Shown one piece after another: positions 22,254 to 35,500 of a stretch of DNA of 64,000 bases; the stretch's first letter is position 1, and every line of letters starts with the position of its first letter. Location of the stretch: the NCBI GenBank assembly GCA_050084515.1, contig CM114271.1, forward strand, positions 19,344,001 to 19,408,000. The letters are read 5' to 3'. The translations under genes were made by a program, and so were the position numbers. The notes beneath the pieces were generated by a model. It was not told the origin of the DNA. It made no database searches and worked only from the letters and a program-made list of their open reading frames with translations. The stretch is from Blasia pusilla (Eukaryota).

Positions 22254-23656
22254 CACTAACGTCATAGTAAGCACAGTGAGTGCTAGAGAGCGGGATCGGA
22301 TCCTACAGAGAGCCAGGAGGTTCAAGTGGGAGGGGACTCATATTTTGTGGGTATGAGGAGATGGTAGGATACGAGTGGTACCTCATCCTTCCCAGCGAGC
22401 ACGTGTAGTGCGACATGCCCATGGAGAGTTGGGCATTTTGGAGTAAAGCGTACTTACAGCTTACTCCAAGTTCACTATTGGTGGCGCGGCATGCATACTT
22501 GGGTAGAGCAGTTTATGGCCATATGTATGGTATGTGACAGAGTGCAAGCATTCTTCAATGCTCCCACTCCACAGTTACATCCTTTGTCGATTATGGGTTT
22601 AGATTATCGGTGGAGTTTAGACTTTGCGGGACCTTTGCCATTGACGTGGCGTCATCACAGGTATGTGTTGGTCATGGTGGAGCATTTCTCCAAGTGGATA
22701 GAGTTGGTGGCACTATCGGAAAAGGCAAGCGAGGGAACAGCTAATGTGTTTCTAGATCGTGTGCTTAATCACTTTGGTGCACCGGCAGAGGTGTTGACTG
22801 ACCAAGGTACCGAGTTCAGGGGAGAGTTTCACGCCTTGTGTGATGAGGCGCTAATAGATCATCGCACCACGTCCAAAGATTATCCTAAGGCGGATGGGTT
22901 GGCGGAGAGAGTAGTACACACGGTGAAGAGAGGATTGTGCAAGTATGGCTTGTAGCGAGGACAGTTGAGGGAGTGGGACCTACAATTTCCATGGTTGGCT
23001 ATGGGTTATCGCTTTAGTCAGAAGATATCCTTGGTGTCATTTTCACCGTACTTTTTGCTCTTTGGGAGAGAGCCAGATTTACCTACAGCTATTCGACGTG
23101 ACATGGAAGAGGTGTTAGATCTTGATGATCCAGATGTGTGGATATAAGCGTGTTCACAAAGGGTGGAGATTTTTCAGAGAGTTATGCCTATGGCCTTTGA
23201 GAACTTAGCTATTGCTCAACATAGAGATACATTGATAAACGCGACCATCCGTGGAGGAGGTTATCGTCAAGGATTAGGAGGTTTCATCATGGAGATTACG
23301 TGTATTTACAGCAGGCGGCACCCACGACACTAGATGTCACTGAAGGGGCACGATCCTACGTATGCGCGAGGTATTACCGACCGGAGTCCTCATGTTGGAA
23401 GGACGAGATTGTATGGTTTGGAAGGATCATGTGCACAATTGTGCGCCATGTCATCTTCCGAACGTGGACGAGACAATGGATCTAAGCTTGGCAATGGTAC
23501 TTGCAGGTTTGAGGTGTATGTTGTGCGGATCTACGAGGGATGCGGCCACCATGTTGGTATGTGATTGTTGTTCTCGAGGGTGGAATATGTCATGTCTGAC
23601 CCCCCCTTCTTGATGTAGTTCCCACGGGACGATGGATATGTCCGAGATGTGTATAG
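22254..23656 (+). pseudogene. DDE integrase + C-terminal PHD finger of copy 2
   Basis: HGELGHFG (frameshifted)...CMVC, WSLDFAGPL, VLTDQGTEF, ADGLAERVV. PHD reads CMLCGSTRDAATMLVCDCCSRGWNMSCLTPP(1-nt shift)LDVVPTGRWICPRCV* (23515-23656). Confidence 0.93.
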
Positions 23657-24077
23657 GGTAGTAGGTCATCTCAGAGATATGTGATATTTTCTATCTAGAG
23701 TTAGGAGGATCCAACTGCCAACTAGGGAGGCGGTTGTGTGATCTCCATGTATATGTATGAGTTGATTTTTGTACATCTGTGGATCCACCCGTGTGTGGGG
23801 AAGATCGATGTTGTGTGGTATAGATGTGACCAACGATGTATATTCTGTAGCGATATGTATGCGCATAACAGCTATCACATCTGAGTAGTCGATAGGCCGA
23901 GATCTATTGTGGATGGGCCATTGGAGCACCTCTCTTGTATGTGTGTGAGATAGGACTAGGGTGCTAGCGTCCGATTCCTTGATAGCGCAGGTGGACGAGG
24001 CTCGATATGCCGATGTAGATTGAGGAGTGGAGTTTTACGCCCGGAGTGTCGTTTTTACTTTTCTTTATTTTTCTTCA

Positions 24078-24293
24078 TTTCTATTAATAGAAATAAAGAT
24101 AAATAGGTGAAACATCCTAGTTTCTTGAGTAGTGAAATAGTCAGGAGCCGCAGCGGCAGCGCATTCTCGTATGTCGAGTTATCTCCATGTTCAGGTTCCA
24201 TCGAAGCTCTTTTGTGAGCACACGGACGGACTAGGTTGTATCTCTAAGATTTGTAAAGATTTTAGTGATTTCGTCACTTTCTGTTTTCTCACA
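24078..24293 (+). mobile_element. L2 LTR, 3' half
   Basis: Homologous to 2473-2692; ends TTTTCTCACA. Confidence 0.82.
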
Positions 24294-24428
24294 GGTAGAT
24301 GGCACCATAGAGAGGGGTACGTAGAGGATAGTGAGGAGTTAATTAGGCCGTTGGGTACCTTGTGGGAGGGAAAATTGTGCAAAGCGCCAAAAACAAGGCA
24401 TTGAGGTCTCCATCATTTTTTACTTTTT

Positions 24429-24777
24429 TGTGAGAAAATAGAAAGTGACAAAATCACTGAAATCTTAACAAAACTTAGAGATAAAAATGGCCTAGTCCGT
24501 CCGTGCGCTCACAGAAGAGCTTCGATGGAACATGAACATGGAGATAACTCAACATACGAGAATGCGCTACCGCTTCGGCTCCCGACTATTTCACTGCTCG
24601 GGAAACTAGGGTTTTTACCTATTTTTATTTGTTTCTATTAATAGAAAAATCCACCTACGTCGTATTACTATGACTCCTTCATCGTCTAAGTCGGAACCAT
24701 CAATCTAGGCTTCTCCTCATACAAGGGGGCCGATCAGATTAATAGTGCTCAAAGAAGTGGATGTTGAGAATCCAACA
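24429..24777 (-). mobile_element. L2 solo LTR, inverted, lacking an internal ~90-bp segment
   Basis: Reverse complement matches both ends of 2251-2692. Flanks TTTTT/TTGTT are compatible with a 5-bp TSD. Confidence 0.85.
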
Positions 24778-26393
24778 TTGTTTAGGAAAACTTTCCAAAA
24801 TGAAGAAAAAATAAACATGAAAATTTTTCTAGATACCAAATGATGGTAGGTCCTTGACATATCCATCATAAAATTTCTCTGATTGGTTAGTAGAGATGGG
24901 AAAGGTTCTCCTACAATTAGATTTGAATTTAGGATATTAAGTGATTAAACTTCCACATTACATGATGACTTAAAATGAGAAGATTTTTGACCTTATTGAT
25001 ATCACCTATGGTAATGATAAGAAAATGTTTCTCCACATACATTTCTTGAATCTTGAGGGATACAACTGTATTGAAATGAAGAAACATACCTACTAGGTAT
25101 TCATTACCTTGATCAATATGTTGCTACAATTGAGAAATCATAGCCATCGTTGCCTCAAGTGTGAGTTCTCTATCTACTTAGGACGTATTTTAGCCCTACC
25201 TCCACCATCTCATCAACACCCCACATCCCTAGTTCATACCTCCTATGATGTCTTTGTGTCCCTTGCAACTTCCAAGTGAAAAATCTCCATCTCTACGGAA
25301 CTTAAGATAGATCTATATAGAAGCATTTCTTGCATGTCTAACCATGTCTCTAGTATTATCTCATTGAGACGACAATGGCCTCATCTAAATTGTCTCATCT
25401 ATAGGATGGGTTGCAACATACGTATGTGCTCCACCCTACTTTCAAAAATTTGGTAGTAGATGTTATCTACCCCACATCCAACAAGTAAAACTTGGTGCTT
25501 GTTGGTGAGCGTTAGATAATACCAATCATGGTTCCTACTTACGGTATTCTCCCATAGTCCTGAATATCCAAGGTTTCATCTATAGTATTATGGGAGAATG
25601 CCCTTATAGGGATGCCATCCCTCTTGGTGATATCTGTCTATTTTGGCCTGTAGTTAATTGACACGTGTTGCTCTTTCCTTGCAAGTCGAAGCATGTAAGC
25701 TACTTTGAAATGCCCGAGTTTTTTTCTTCTTGGGCTAATCTTTCACCCATGTACAACACGCGCACCGGCTAGTATAGAAAAATTCTATGTCTGCCAACAT
25801 GTCAATGTTAGTAGACTTACATGTGTCTTGTAGGACTTGTCAATGTGGGCCCTATCTCCTCCTTCTTTCTCATCCCCCCACTTGCCTTCATGATCCGCAT
25901 TGTCTCGTTTCTTCCTCCTCCCATGCATCTCCACTCCCTCCCCCCTTATTGCCCCACCCACCCTTGGCTTGTCTTCCACCATGAACTATAAAATAGGGGC
26001 CCCATCCTTGGAAATCCATGTCTGTGGACATGTCTAAACTTGTCTGTCCATGTCCTTCATAGGGACGAAATTATCCCTTTTTGTGCAACCATGTAAATAT
26101 CACAACTTTATCTTGAGGTATGAATTTGTAGCATTTGTGGAGACATTATCACACTTATTATCTCCCTCGAGGATGGACCTCTTGCCATCAAAAACCTCTC
26201 CTCAAGTGCATTCAGCTCAATGCACAAATCTAACAAACATAGAGACCAGAAAACAGGTAAATCAACATGTAATAGAATCACATCACGTAATCTCTTCCCA
26301 AACTTGTGGTCTAGTATCCCATACCAAAATTGAACCGTTTGTGCCACTAAGTCATCAACATGATCAACGGTGCAATATGCCCATATGCATCTA

Positions 26394-26593
<200 letters not shown>

Positions 26594-29500
26594 CAACTAA
26601 ATCACTCCTCATTTTGTTTTAGTTCCTCCCCAACTCTTGAAACAACTATATCAATAGGTTGAATGTAAGTGATACTCAAATGGACACGATCAACATACGT
26701 GGATCAAAAACTTCACCAAGTTTCTCCTCTCTGTGTGTAATTGGCCACATGTATAGTCTTAGTTGTAGTTGCCACATCATATGACAAACGCCTAGTGATC
26801 GTGAGGAACACCTATACTCTGGAGACCAATATAGTCTCCATGCCACAATCTCCATCTCATAGAATTCAAAAGTCATGATATTTATCCATGGGAATGAGAC
26901 TAGATGCTAATAAAAATCTCTTCTCTCCCATGAAGGGGGGATGTTGATTCTACATCCTCCTCGTGTCGTACCAATTGTCAAACTCCTTCATAAAATCATC
27001 ACACTTGATGGTCCCCACCATGTTTGAGAATCATCAAGGTATCAAGGTCCCTCCATGAACCCATATGTATTGCAATCGTCCATATCCCACCACAATCGAG
27101 TGATGACACTCCATGGCATCTCCTTAGATAACTTGAAATCTGCTTATAACCCCTCTTATAACAATACAAATGACAATTGAGATGGTTCTCCATATGGAAA
27201 CCTTTGGTATCTAGCCCTACTCCTCATAAAATATCGTCCATTCCTAGCACCAACGTGCTCCCTATTTTTCTATGGGTACTTCATGGTCAACCCTATAAAA
27301 ACCCATCTAGCTCACTCTTGAGACACAAAGTCTACAACAACCAATGACCAATCTGGTAAATGTGTAGGAAAAGGATCCAAGAAACCTTGAGAGGCCACAA
27401 ATAAGAACTCTAAACCTATCCTAGAGGACTAGAACTTGTTTATCTCACTTCAATCATAAGTTAGAGATCTTAGGGTACCTATGTAAGGATTTTTCTCAAA
27501 GTGTTACCACATAAAACTCATGATCGATAGATGTAAATGTAGGTGAGAAGGTTTGGGGAAGGATCAAGGTCTGGAGTAGAGGATTCCTTGTGGAAAATCC
27601 CCCAAAGCCAATACTCTTGACCACTCAATGGACGCGCTATACCTAAAGGGGTCCCTAAATGCATGCCACAAGGCCCAAGGGGTTTAATAAGCCAAGAAGA
27701 AGAAGGGCTCCATCGTCAGGACTAAACTCCCAAACTTGAATCTTCCCCAACCATGCTAGAAGAGACCATGAAGGCATGCAACTCAAATTCGGTGAAGTTA
27801 CATTTTGTCGCTAAGATATAAGTTGGTCGAATCGAGGTACTAATTATGTGTGTATTGGAGTGAGACATGAATGGATATAAAGTGCCTCATCATTAAGAGT
27901 TGAAGTATCTATGTCAATCTCAAGCCTATTTGATTTGCTTCACAAAGGGTCATCGACAACAACCATTTCGAATTTCAACAAGATGCAAGATACCATTTAC
28001 AGACAAGATTATTAGTGCAACTCATTCTCATAGCAACATCACATGGATTGAAGACAAGTAGTGACAAAAGGATGACAAGAAAAGATGTGATGGTAATGGG
28101 GGAGATGGTGACATGCAAGATCTGGTCAAATTCGTGGGTAGGGGAAAATGAAACCTAATGCAGCAAGCAATAAGGTGACCACCCTCATCGATTGGACACT
28201 AACTGACAAGTACTTGACACGAAAGTATCTAAATGATCACGAATAGATCTCCTGTCAACACCTCGTGAGTTAGACATCTTACTAAATTTGGCAGTCACAT
28301 CAAAGATCTCAGCCCTAGTCATATTGATCGAATTGTAACCACAGGAACTCCATTGAAAACCCTATGAACTTCTAAGAACATGCGTCTTCTTATTTCGATT
28401 GCGAACTTGCTTCCCCATGTGTTCATCACCCACAATCATTGGAGTATCTCCTATCCAGCTGAACCTTGAGCTTAGCTTAGCTTGGCAGCAATCGAACCCG
28501 GGCTTGAAGTAAATTGGACACGGTTGAGGTCATTAAACTTGCTGGAAAATTATCTCAAAGAGAGTGAAGATATCTATGCGCAAAGGAGCTTTCTTTCGAG
28601 ACCAAGCTTTGCTGAATCTCCCAAAAATGATCGCTTGGAAGATGATTTCTGAAAACCCTCATCCTGAAGTTTTGAATTCCAGGATTTGAAACTGGACTGG
28701 ATAGCTGAGGCATTCTGCACAATGATACCGCAATCGGGCTTCAATATCTTTTCAGTGTCGCACATAATGGATGGCCTTTGAAGCCTCTACAGTGCGTGAA
28801 AATCTCTCCTGCGGAACGGAATGTTCCGTTCCAGAAGTTGCGATTGACTGGACAGCGGAAGGGGGTGTATTCTACACAGTGATGCCAAAATGTGCCTCCA
28901 GTGTCACTGCATACCGGTCGTCATTCCACTGACCTATCTACATTGAGTAATGAGTCAGACTCAGGCACACAACGCTCGCACTAACGACATCGGCACGAGA
29001 GAGAAAGTGAGAAACGGCCACCTCTTACCTTTGGATTTGCAGACAGGTATTACAGTTCAGCCGATCCTCTCTGCTGTTCTCCACATGCACACTCGACGCA
29101 TTTACAGCGGGTTAAGCCGAAGGGCCCACTACCCGAATGAGCTGGGAGAAGAGTGCGCCGACAGCTGTGAATTTTGGCGCCCACTAAGACGTTGGCTTTT
29201 CCCTACTCCACGTTACGCATTTGATTAGAACCCAGACGAGGCTTTTCGATCTCGAGCGTTCATCCACATGCTCGCCTCGATCGGCAGTTTCTACATCAAG
29301 ATTCGGTCAAAGCTCAACGACCTCGGTACTCTCATCGATAACCGCGAAAGACAGATAAAAACCGACCAGAGTTCTTCCTGTTTTTCACTTGAGAACCGGT
29401 TTACCTCTGGCATGCTGAGACAAATGCCGCTTCCTAGCGGACTCCGTAGTTTAAGGACGAGTTATGCAGAAAACTGGCGCTTGACGCCAGTTGTACTTCG

Positions 29501-29651
29501 CATTTCACAAGTCTTGTGGAGGGGAGAGTACTCTACTTGTATTGACAGCGGTTGGTCGTGCTCTCACCAGCTCTACGGAGGGTGACTTCCTAGTTAGGAT
29601 GACACTGGTCAAGATGAAGCACAGTTTTCGATGATGCCGCTGTTCACCTTC

Positions 29652-30143
29652 TGGATATGTAACGATTAAAGATTTAACTGAGCTTTACCTGACGGGCCAT
29701 GTGATGACTAACTGTCACGCGGAGCATTGTAAGCTGTACGACATAGATTTATCTACGAGGCATAGGTCTGGTACAAAATGGCTACTAGTCGTAGTAAAAC
29801 GACTAGTAACCATTTCTCTTAAAAGAATGGTGTTTGCCTTTTTGGCAAACAGCGGTGTTTGCAAAAATGGCAAACACCGCTGACTTCCTGTCTCCCAAAA
29901 TACATTGAGGAAAACGGTAATAGGAGTTGTGAACTGCATACGAACAACGTGAACTCCAAAAGCAGTTCCTAGGTTTGTGAACAGGCTGTTCAACATGAAG
30001 CATGTTAACTATTTGAAACACTATCATCATTTGGCGTCAACAAAAACAGTGAAAAGTTTTCATGCGGTTAAGACACATTGTTTTCTCAGTTTTTATTGAA
30101 TACACTTAAAACCTTTAAGATCAGGAGACGGTTCACATATCCA
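29652..30143. mobile_element. Candidate short non-autonomous element with 9-bp TIR and internal hairpins
   Basis: TGGATATGT...ACATATCCA ends; AT-richer than flanks; stems at 29776-29815 and 29829-29882. No TSD seen. Confidence 0.4.
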
Positions 30144-30703
30144 CTATCGCCCTGGTGCACGGAGATAATTTCTGGGAGTGGAGTAAACAGAATCCATCAT
30201 TTAAGACAATCATACACTACAAAGCGAACACAGCCCAAAGAGGTATGTTCGCACTCAGTCATCTAGACTATGATGTTTCTCTCTCGCATCAAACCAGAAT
30301 TAATATCTATCCGTATTTTGGACAATTATCCTCCTCCGGCACCTCCTCGCAGCGGGTGGCCGTTCGGCACAAATAATCACCTCTTCCGCAACAACATTCC
30401 CGGAGAATCGACCATTAGCAGTTAGCACACATCAATACGGTCGAAGGAGCGGGCGGCTCTTTAGGCGAACACCTCTGCTACCATCGAATAGAAATCCTTA
30501 AAAGCAGGCTGCCGGACAGTGGGCGCTGAGTATATGTACACGCCTCTTCTATTCCAAGAGTGCGTTCGCACCCAAACCTTCAAGGACATCAGTGAGTTCC
30601 AAGTCACTTGCCAGGAACTTCGTTTCTGGCTCGTCGAACCATTGGAGCTAAATTAGTATAGCCCTACACACCGTACGTACGTGCGGAATAGTCCTCCAAT
30701 ACA

Positions 30704-31979
30704 TTAGTAGCCTCCGAAGTTATAGTCCGTTTCGAAAGTTTGCCCGAAGTACCAGTTTCTCGGAGCAACGTTGAAGAAATCCTGGGTCCTGCCACTGCCG
30801 AGTGTCACTCTGAAGGCGAGCGCCTGCCCCACCAGATTCGCAGTAGCTTGCCAGTTCGAGCCCCAGTTTTGGCTCATGTAGTACCAACCCGAGTTTTCGC
30901 CCTTGATCGCCAGCGATTGCACATCTCCACTCCCCGCAACGTTAGTGACTAAGACGAGGTCGAACCAGGGATTTCCGTTCATCGTGAAGCGAATACCACC
31001 AGAGCGGCTGCATGCGACTCTGCAGGGTGCATTACAGAAAAGATGATCAGGCGAGTCGCACACACAGCCTCTGGGACGTTACAAAACTGGGAACTAGAAT
31101 CGAGATGGGTTATTACAACTTTCCAAACGGACGCAAACTAATTAAGGTCTAGAGGAGCTGAAGAGAGGACGTCTAATGTAATACCCAGGTGACCTGAAGA
31201 CCTTCGACACCATCTCGCCAGCAGTCAGACAACTGGTGAACCTCAGGTACGGGGCGTGCATCAGAAGGAGCGTGCATGTACATGAGGTGGAGCATTACCT
31301 CTTATACTGAACTGGAATCACTCCCCCAACTGGCTGAGCGAGCCTCTGGAACATGGGGTACGACAGGTCGAAGTGTGACCTCGGGGGATCGCACCAGCCT
31401 CCCTCCGAACCTGGGGGACATGCGTTAGTCGCAGTCACTGTGATGCTCGCGCCCTGGTAGCAATATTTGCTCTCAGCAAGTTTGCATACGATCTGGAAGC
31501 AGGCTCCGCAGCTCAGTCCGTTGTTGAATAGGGCATTGCTGAGAGCAGTGGAAGAAGTTCCATAACCGACAGAGTACAAGTTTCCGTATCCACAGGCTCC
31601 ACCTACAGTACCAGAAGAAGCACTGTCATTTTCTGAACAGCTCCTCATTTCAGTTCATTAGATAGGAAACGTCACATCTTCAAACTCGGACACATCTTCT
31701 ACCTCGGACAGTACTATGCCAGGCAGTAGACGTTCACTGAAGAACAAACGGGGAGAAGCCGAGCAATGTGAGAATAACGAAGGCTAGAGAAGAGTAAGCT
31801 TCATGAGGCTCACCCATGGTTCCGGAAGCGTCCTGCCCGCCATAGAAGGTTGCGTGCGCGTCGGTCCAATCCGTGACGGCCCAAGCTCCCCCGGCATTGA
31901 CTTGCACCAGCCTGTTACATAGGACTAACATGCTAGCTAGAAAGAGCCGCAGAGCTCCAGCTCCATTGAATCTGGCCAT
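30704..31979 (-). CDS. EXPA: Alpha-expansin, 261 aa; exons 31979-31814, 31602-31299, 31019-30704
   Basis: Signal-peptide-like N-terminus, [46 protein letters not shown] motif, C-terminal [10 protein letters not shown] and WYFGQTF. GT-AG introns in phases 1 and 2 give an open 786-nt frame. Confidence 0.97.
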
Positions 31980-32512
31980 TTCACTGCACATTCCAGAAGC
32001 GGGTGGAGGTAAGCTCTCGGCACAAAGCAGAGCTGCCGACACTCACATTACCACGTCTGATGCCTGTCCACTCGTTGCCATGGCAAACCAAGGCGTAACA
32101 AAGGACTGAGATGAGAAACAAGACGTGGGAGAGAGCTGTAAGCTGTCAAACCTCCAAATGCGTTGCGGCACACGAGCTCCAACGCTAGTCACCGAGGACT
32201 CGTACGACGGACAGGCTCCTAGGAAGCCAACACTCGCGCACTCTTGCAGGGAACCGAGACTAAGGACGTATACCCGGACTCCGCCGCTGCTCTCACTCTG
32301 ACTGGTCCCCGCAGAAATGAGGCGAGTGGAGAAGAGATTGAGGGGAGATGGCGGAATTATGTACCCACGCAGGCGGTGGAGGTGAGTAGGTGGGTGACGG
32401 ACGACGACTGCAGTGAGCGGGTTGAGCTGCTCCCGCTGCAGTCGAAATGCTCGTGAGGGTGAGTGAACGATTGAATGTATGAATGATGTTAGGAGGGAAT
32501 GAGCACAAGGGA

Positions 32513-32518
32513 TTTATA
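32513..32518 (-). promoter_or_regulatory. Candidate TATA box of the first expansin
   Basis: TATAAA on the minus strand ~530 bp upstream of the ATG, followed by a pyrimidine/CA-rich leader. An acceptor-like TGCAG 4 nt before the ATG suggests a 5' UTR intron. Confidence 0.45.
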
Positions 32519-35500
32519 TGGAGTGCAGCTCAGTCTAGCGGTGGGTCGTACTCTACAGCTACAGGGATTGCAGGCCGACGGGGAGACCAGGTTGATTGCA
32601 GCGTCAGTCGGCCAAACCCGGCCCCGCCTTGTGAACATGCAGTTCTGCCATGTCCAGCCTCTAATCTGGGCCGCCGCCTCCGCAACCGGGGCCCCGCTAA
32701 TGCACTTGGGCAAGAAAGAGCGGACTCGTAGGCTCAGCAGTCTACGACTAGAGTAGCGAAGCTGGATCGAAGCTGGACTGACTACCGGATCGACGCGAAG
32801 CGACGGATCGGAGGGAGTCGGGGAACGCGATGCGAGCTATACGCACCAAGGTGACTCCGTTCCGTCACCTTGGTCGATTTTACTTTACCTCCCGCTGCGT
32901 CCATCCATCTCGAGCCTTTACCCCATCCAAAGCCACCTTTTGCTCGCCAATTCTGAAACAACTACTGTACCGCGAAGCATTACGACAGTCGCTACTTTTG
33001 AGGCCTTGCTCGCTCGTGGCTGTTTCGCCTTTTGACAGACATCATGACAAAGGAGAGCGGTTGACCGAGTATTACCCCAATGCCTTACAGCCCATAGCAC
33101 ACACGAAAAAGGACCGGGCTCGTATTTATGTTTAGACCCAAATTGGGTGCGCAACCAGTTATTCACAAGCAGAGCGCCCCGTCTGCATCATTTATCCTAT
33201 TCATAATGGGTAGGTTTCATGATTCTGCTAGGACTTTTGCCATGTGGGTTGATCACCAGTAAAGGTTAGCATTCCGACTTTACTCTTTGGCGGAGGTGGA
33301 GGGCCTTATTTGTTATCTCATCACTGCACTGCACTGCAGTATGTGTGTGTGTGTGTGACCCAAATCGTCCGTTTGCCTTACCACACCACTATCGCTGGGG
33401 AACGAAGCTGCACCACACACGGCTTTTACTGTAGACCAGACCTCCCAACTGTATGCGTACCAGAACTGCAGCCATTTCTGTCAGTACCATTTATGAAAAC
33501 TATACCAACATCGCTCTAGCTCATGAATGTGGGGACGATGGGAGGGAAGGGTTTCTCCTTCTCATGTGGGGGCGATTAGCGGCTTCAAGATCCCAACATC
33601 GGTCAATTTGAATCTTCGTAACGTCGTCGACGACGAAGCCTCGTTGAAATGTTTTTTGGCTCCTGCATGGCTGCCACAAATGAGAGGAGACCTTGACCGG
33701 ACTCCCGAACCCGGCTCAGGGCAGTCCTTAACCCTAGCCGCAGGCTCCCTTCGAGCCCTCATTATTCTTCGGTAATTCCTGCGTATGCGTTTCATGCAGA
33801 CGCCACTCGAAGCACATCCGATCCAATCCTGAACGAGAATCCTTCATATTCCCTCCACCTCAACCTCAACCTCAACCTGCCCGCCCCCCAACGCAACTAG
33901 GTCTCGGCTCGAGCCCCCCGCCCGGACGGACGGACGGACGGAAGGATGGACGGACGGAGGGATGGATAACAGACAATAATAGTCATACGAGATCCACCCA
34001 CCATATTAATCGTGTTCGAATTAGGCACCACCGGGTTCGTGCGAATCTTCGTGATATGCGAATGCGGTTGTTGCGCCTACGTGGTTGAATGCTTGTCCGG
34101 TAAACTTGCATGTTGGGTTGGGTTGGGTCGGGTCGGGTCGGGAGGGAGGGCAACTTGTCCGTCTGCAATTGAGCTTGTCATGCAATCAAACGTTTCGGCC
34201 CTGCCCTGCCCTGACCCCACGAGGATGTGGCTAGGAGAAGTCGTGACCGATTCCGTCCGTTTTGTCTTCTTTCCGGTTCTTCCTGGTTCTGGGGTGTGTC
34301 CATCTAGACCACTAAATTTATTTATCTACAGAATGTGGTCACCGGGTGGATTTCCACCGTTCAAAAGTTATTCTCGGAGAGATCTGCGACCTAACTGACG
34401 ATCCTGCCTTCCCCGTTAGCCCTAACTTACCGAACCTGGAGAGCTCAACATTCAAAGTGGGGTTGCGACGTGGAGCTACGTGACAAGATTTCCGTTAACC
34501 CTAATCATTCCTAATCCTGAAGGGTTCAACTAGGTTAGTAAATGGGGCACGATGAGGCGATCGACGGAGGGTGCCCAGCACGTTCCGTGTATTCTAGCTA
34601 AGTTGACGAGATCTCTTAATTTAAGCACGTCCGGTGCAATAACTCGCTCGTTTACACCCGTCGGATTAGAAAACTCGGATCGTAAATTTAGAATCTTAGA
34701 TCGCCGCCGCCCACAGGTCAAACAAACATTGTTGTCAGCCCAATCAGTATTAATACTCATTTTCCTTGTCCTCTAAAAAGGGTCCTCTATTTAAATCCAG
34801 CATCCTTAATTTGAGGAAGGTCGAAAAGGAAAACCCTGAATGTGGTGATTGATTGATTGATGGATCGAACTCGTTAACCCTAAATAACCCTAAATCACCG
34901 CCTCCGCTCGCCATAGGCCGACGGTGATTGCCGCTCACGGAGACGGATGTAGGTAACGAATCCGATGTCGCGAAACGTACACTCTCGATCTTCCTGGCGA
35001 TAATAAAGATGCGGACCTGCTCCCCGCACAGGATTCCGACACGTGCTTGAGACAGATTCGCGTCGGTATCGTCCCGCGAAATTGCTATCAGAGGTGGCAT
35101 GCACACTGTACAGTTAAATTTCACCCTATCCGCGACCGCGAACGAGCTACTCTAGCAGCTGGATAGGATACAAGGAACGCGATCGCAAACTGCGGACTCC
35201 GATTGTGTGGACGACTCGCCTCATCATGTCCGGTTTCGAATTCGCAAGTAGACCTCGATCGCCCTACGCGCGACATTCCCCCCGCCCCCCCGGGGTCCAT
35301 GAAACGAAACGGTACTCCTCCTGAATCTTGATCCTGATCCTGCTGGGCGTCGATCAATCGCGAAGTTCGACGTAGTTAAAGTTTGATCCTGCCTGGTGGT
35401 TGCTTTTTCTTAGCCAGCTAGATGTATACTCCGATTTCAACTCTTACATCAGCCTCTTACCAACTGTGCCAGCTCTGTCCGGAATTGGTATTCGGTGTCT

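Larger units (their letters stand above)
11160..24050 (+). mobile_element. Ty3/Gypsy-type retrotransposon, copy 2 (Gag CCHC-PR-DNMT-RT-RH-IN-PHD), 5'-truncated, with nested solo LTR and full Copia; 3' limit approximate
   Basis: All domains in order on the + strand, collinear with copy 1 from ~12540 onward. 3' end has the conserved motif, B1 (23735-23870), GC, and an A-like start at 23873. Confidence 0.92.

Noticed and set aside
34496-34895. Telomere-like TAACCCTA/AAACCCTA motifs (also GGGTTAGGG in the Copia LTRs)
   Set aside because: Isolated one- or two-unit motifs, common in plant DNA; not an interstitial telomeric array.
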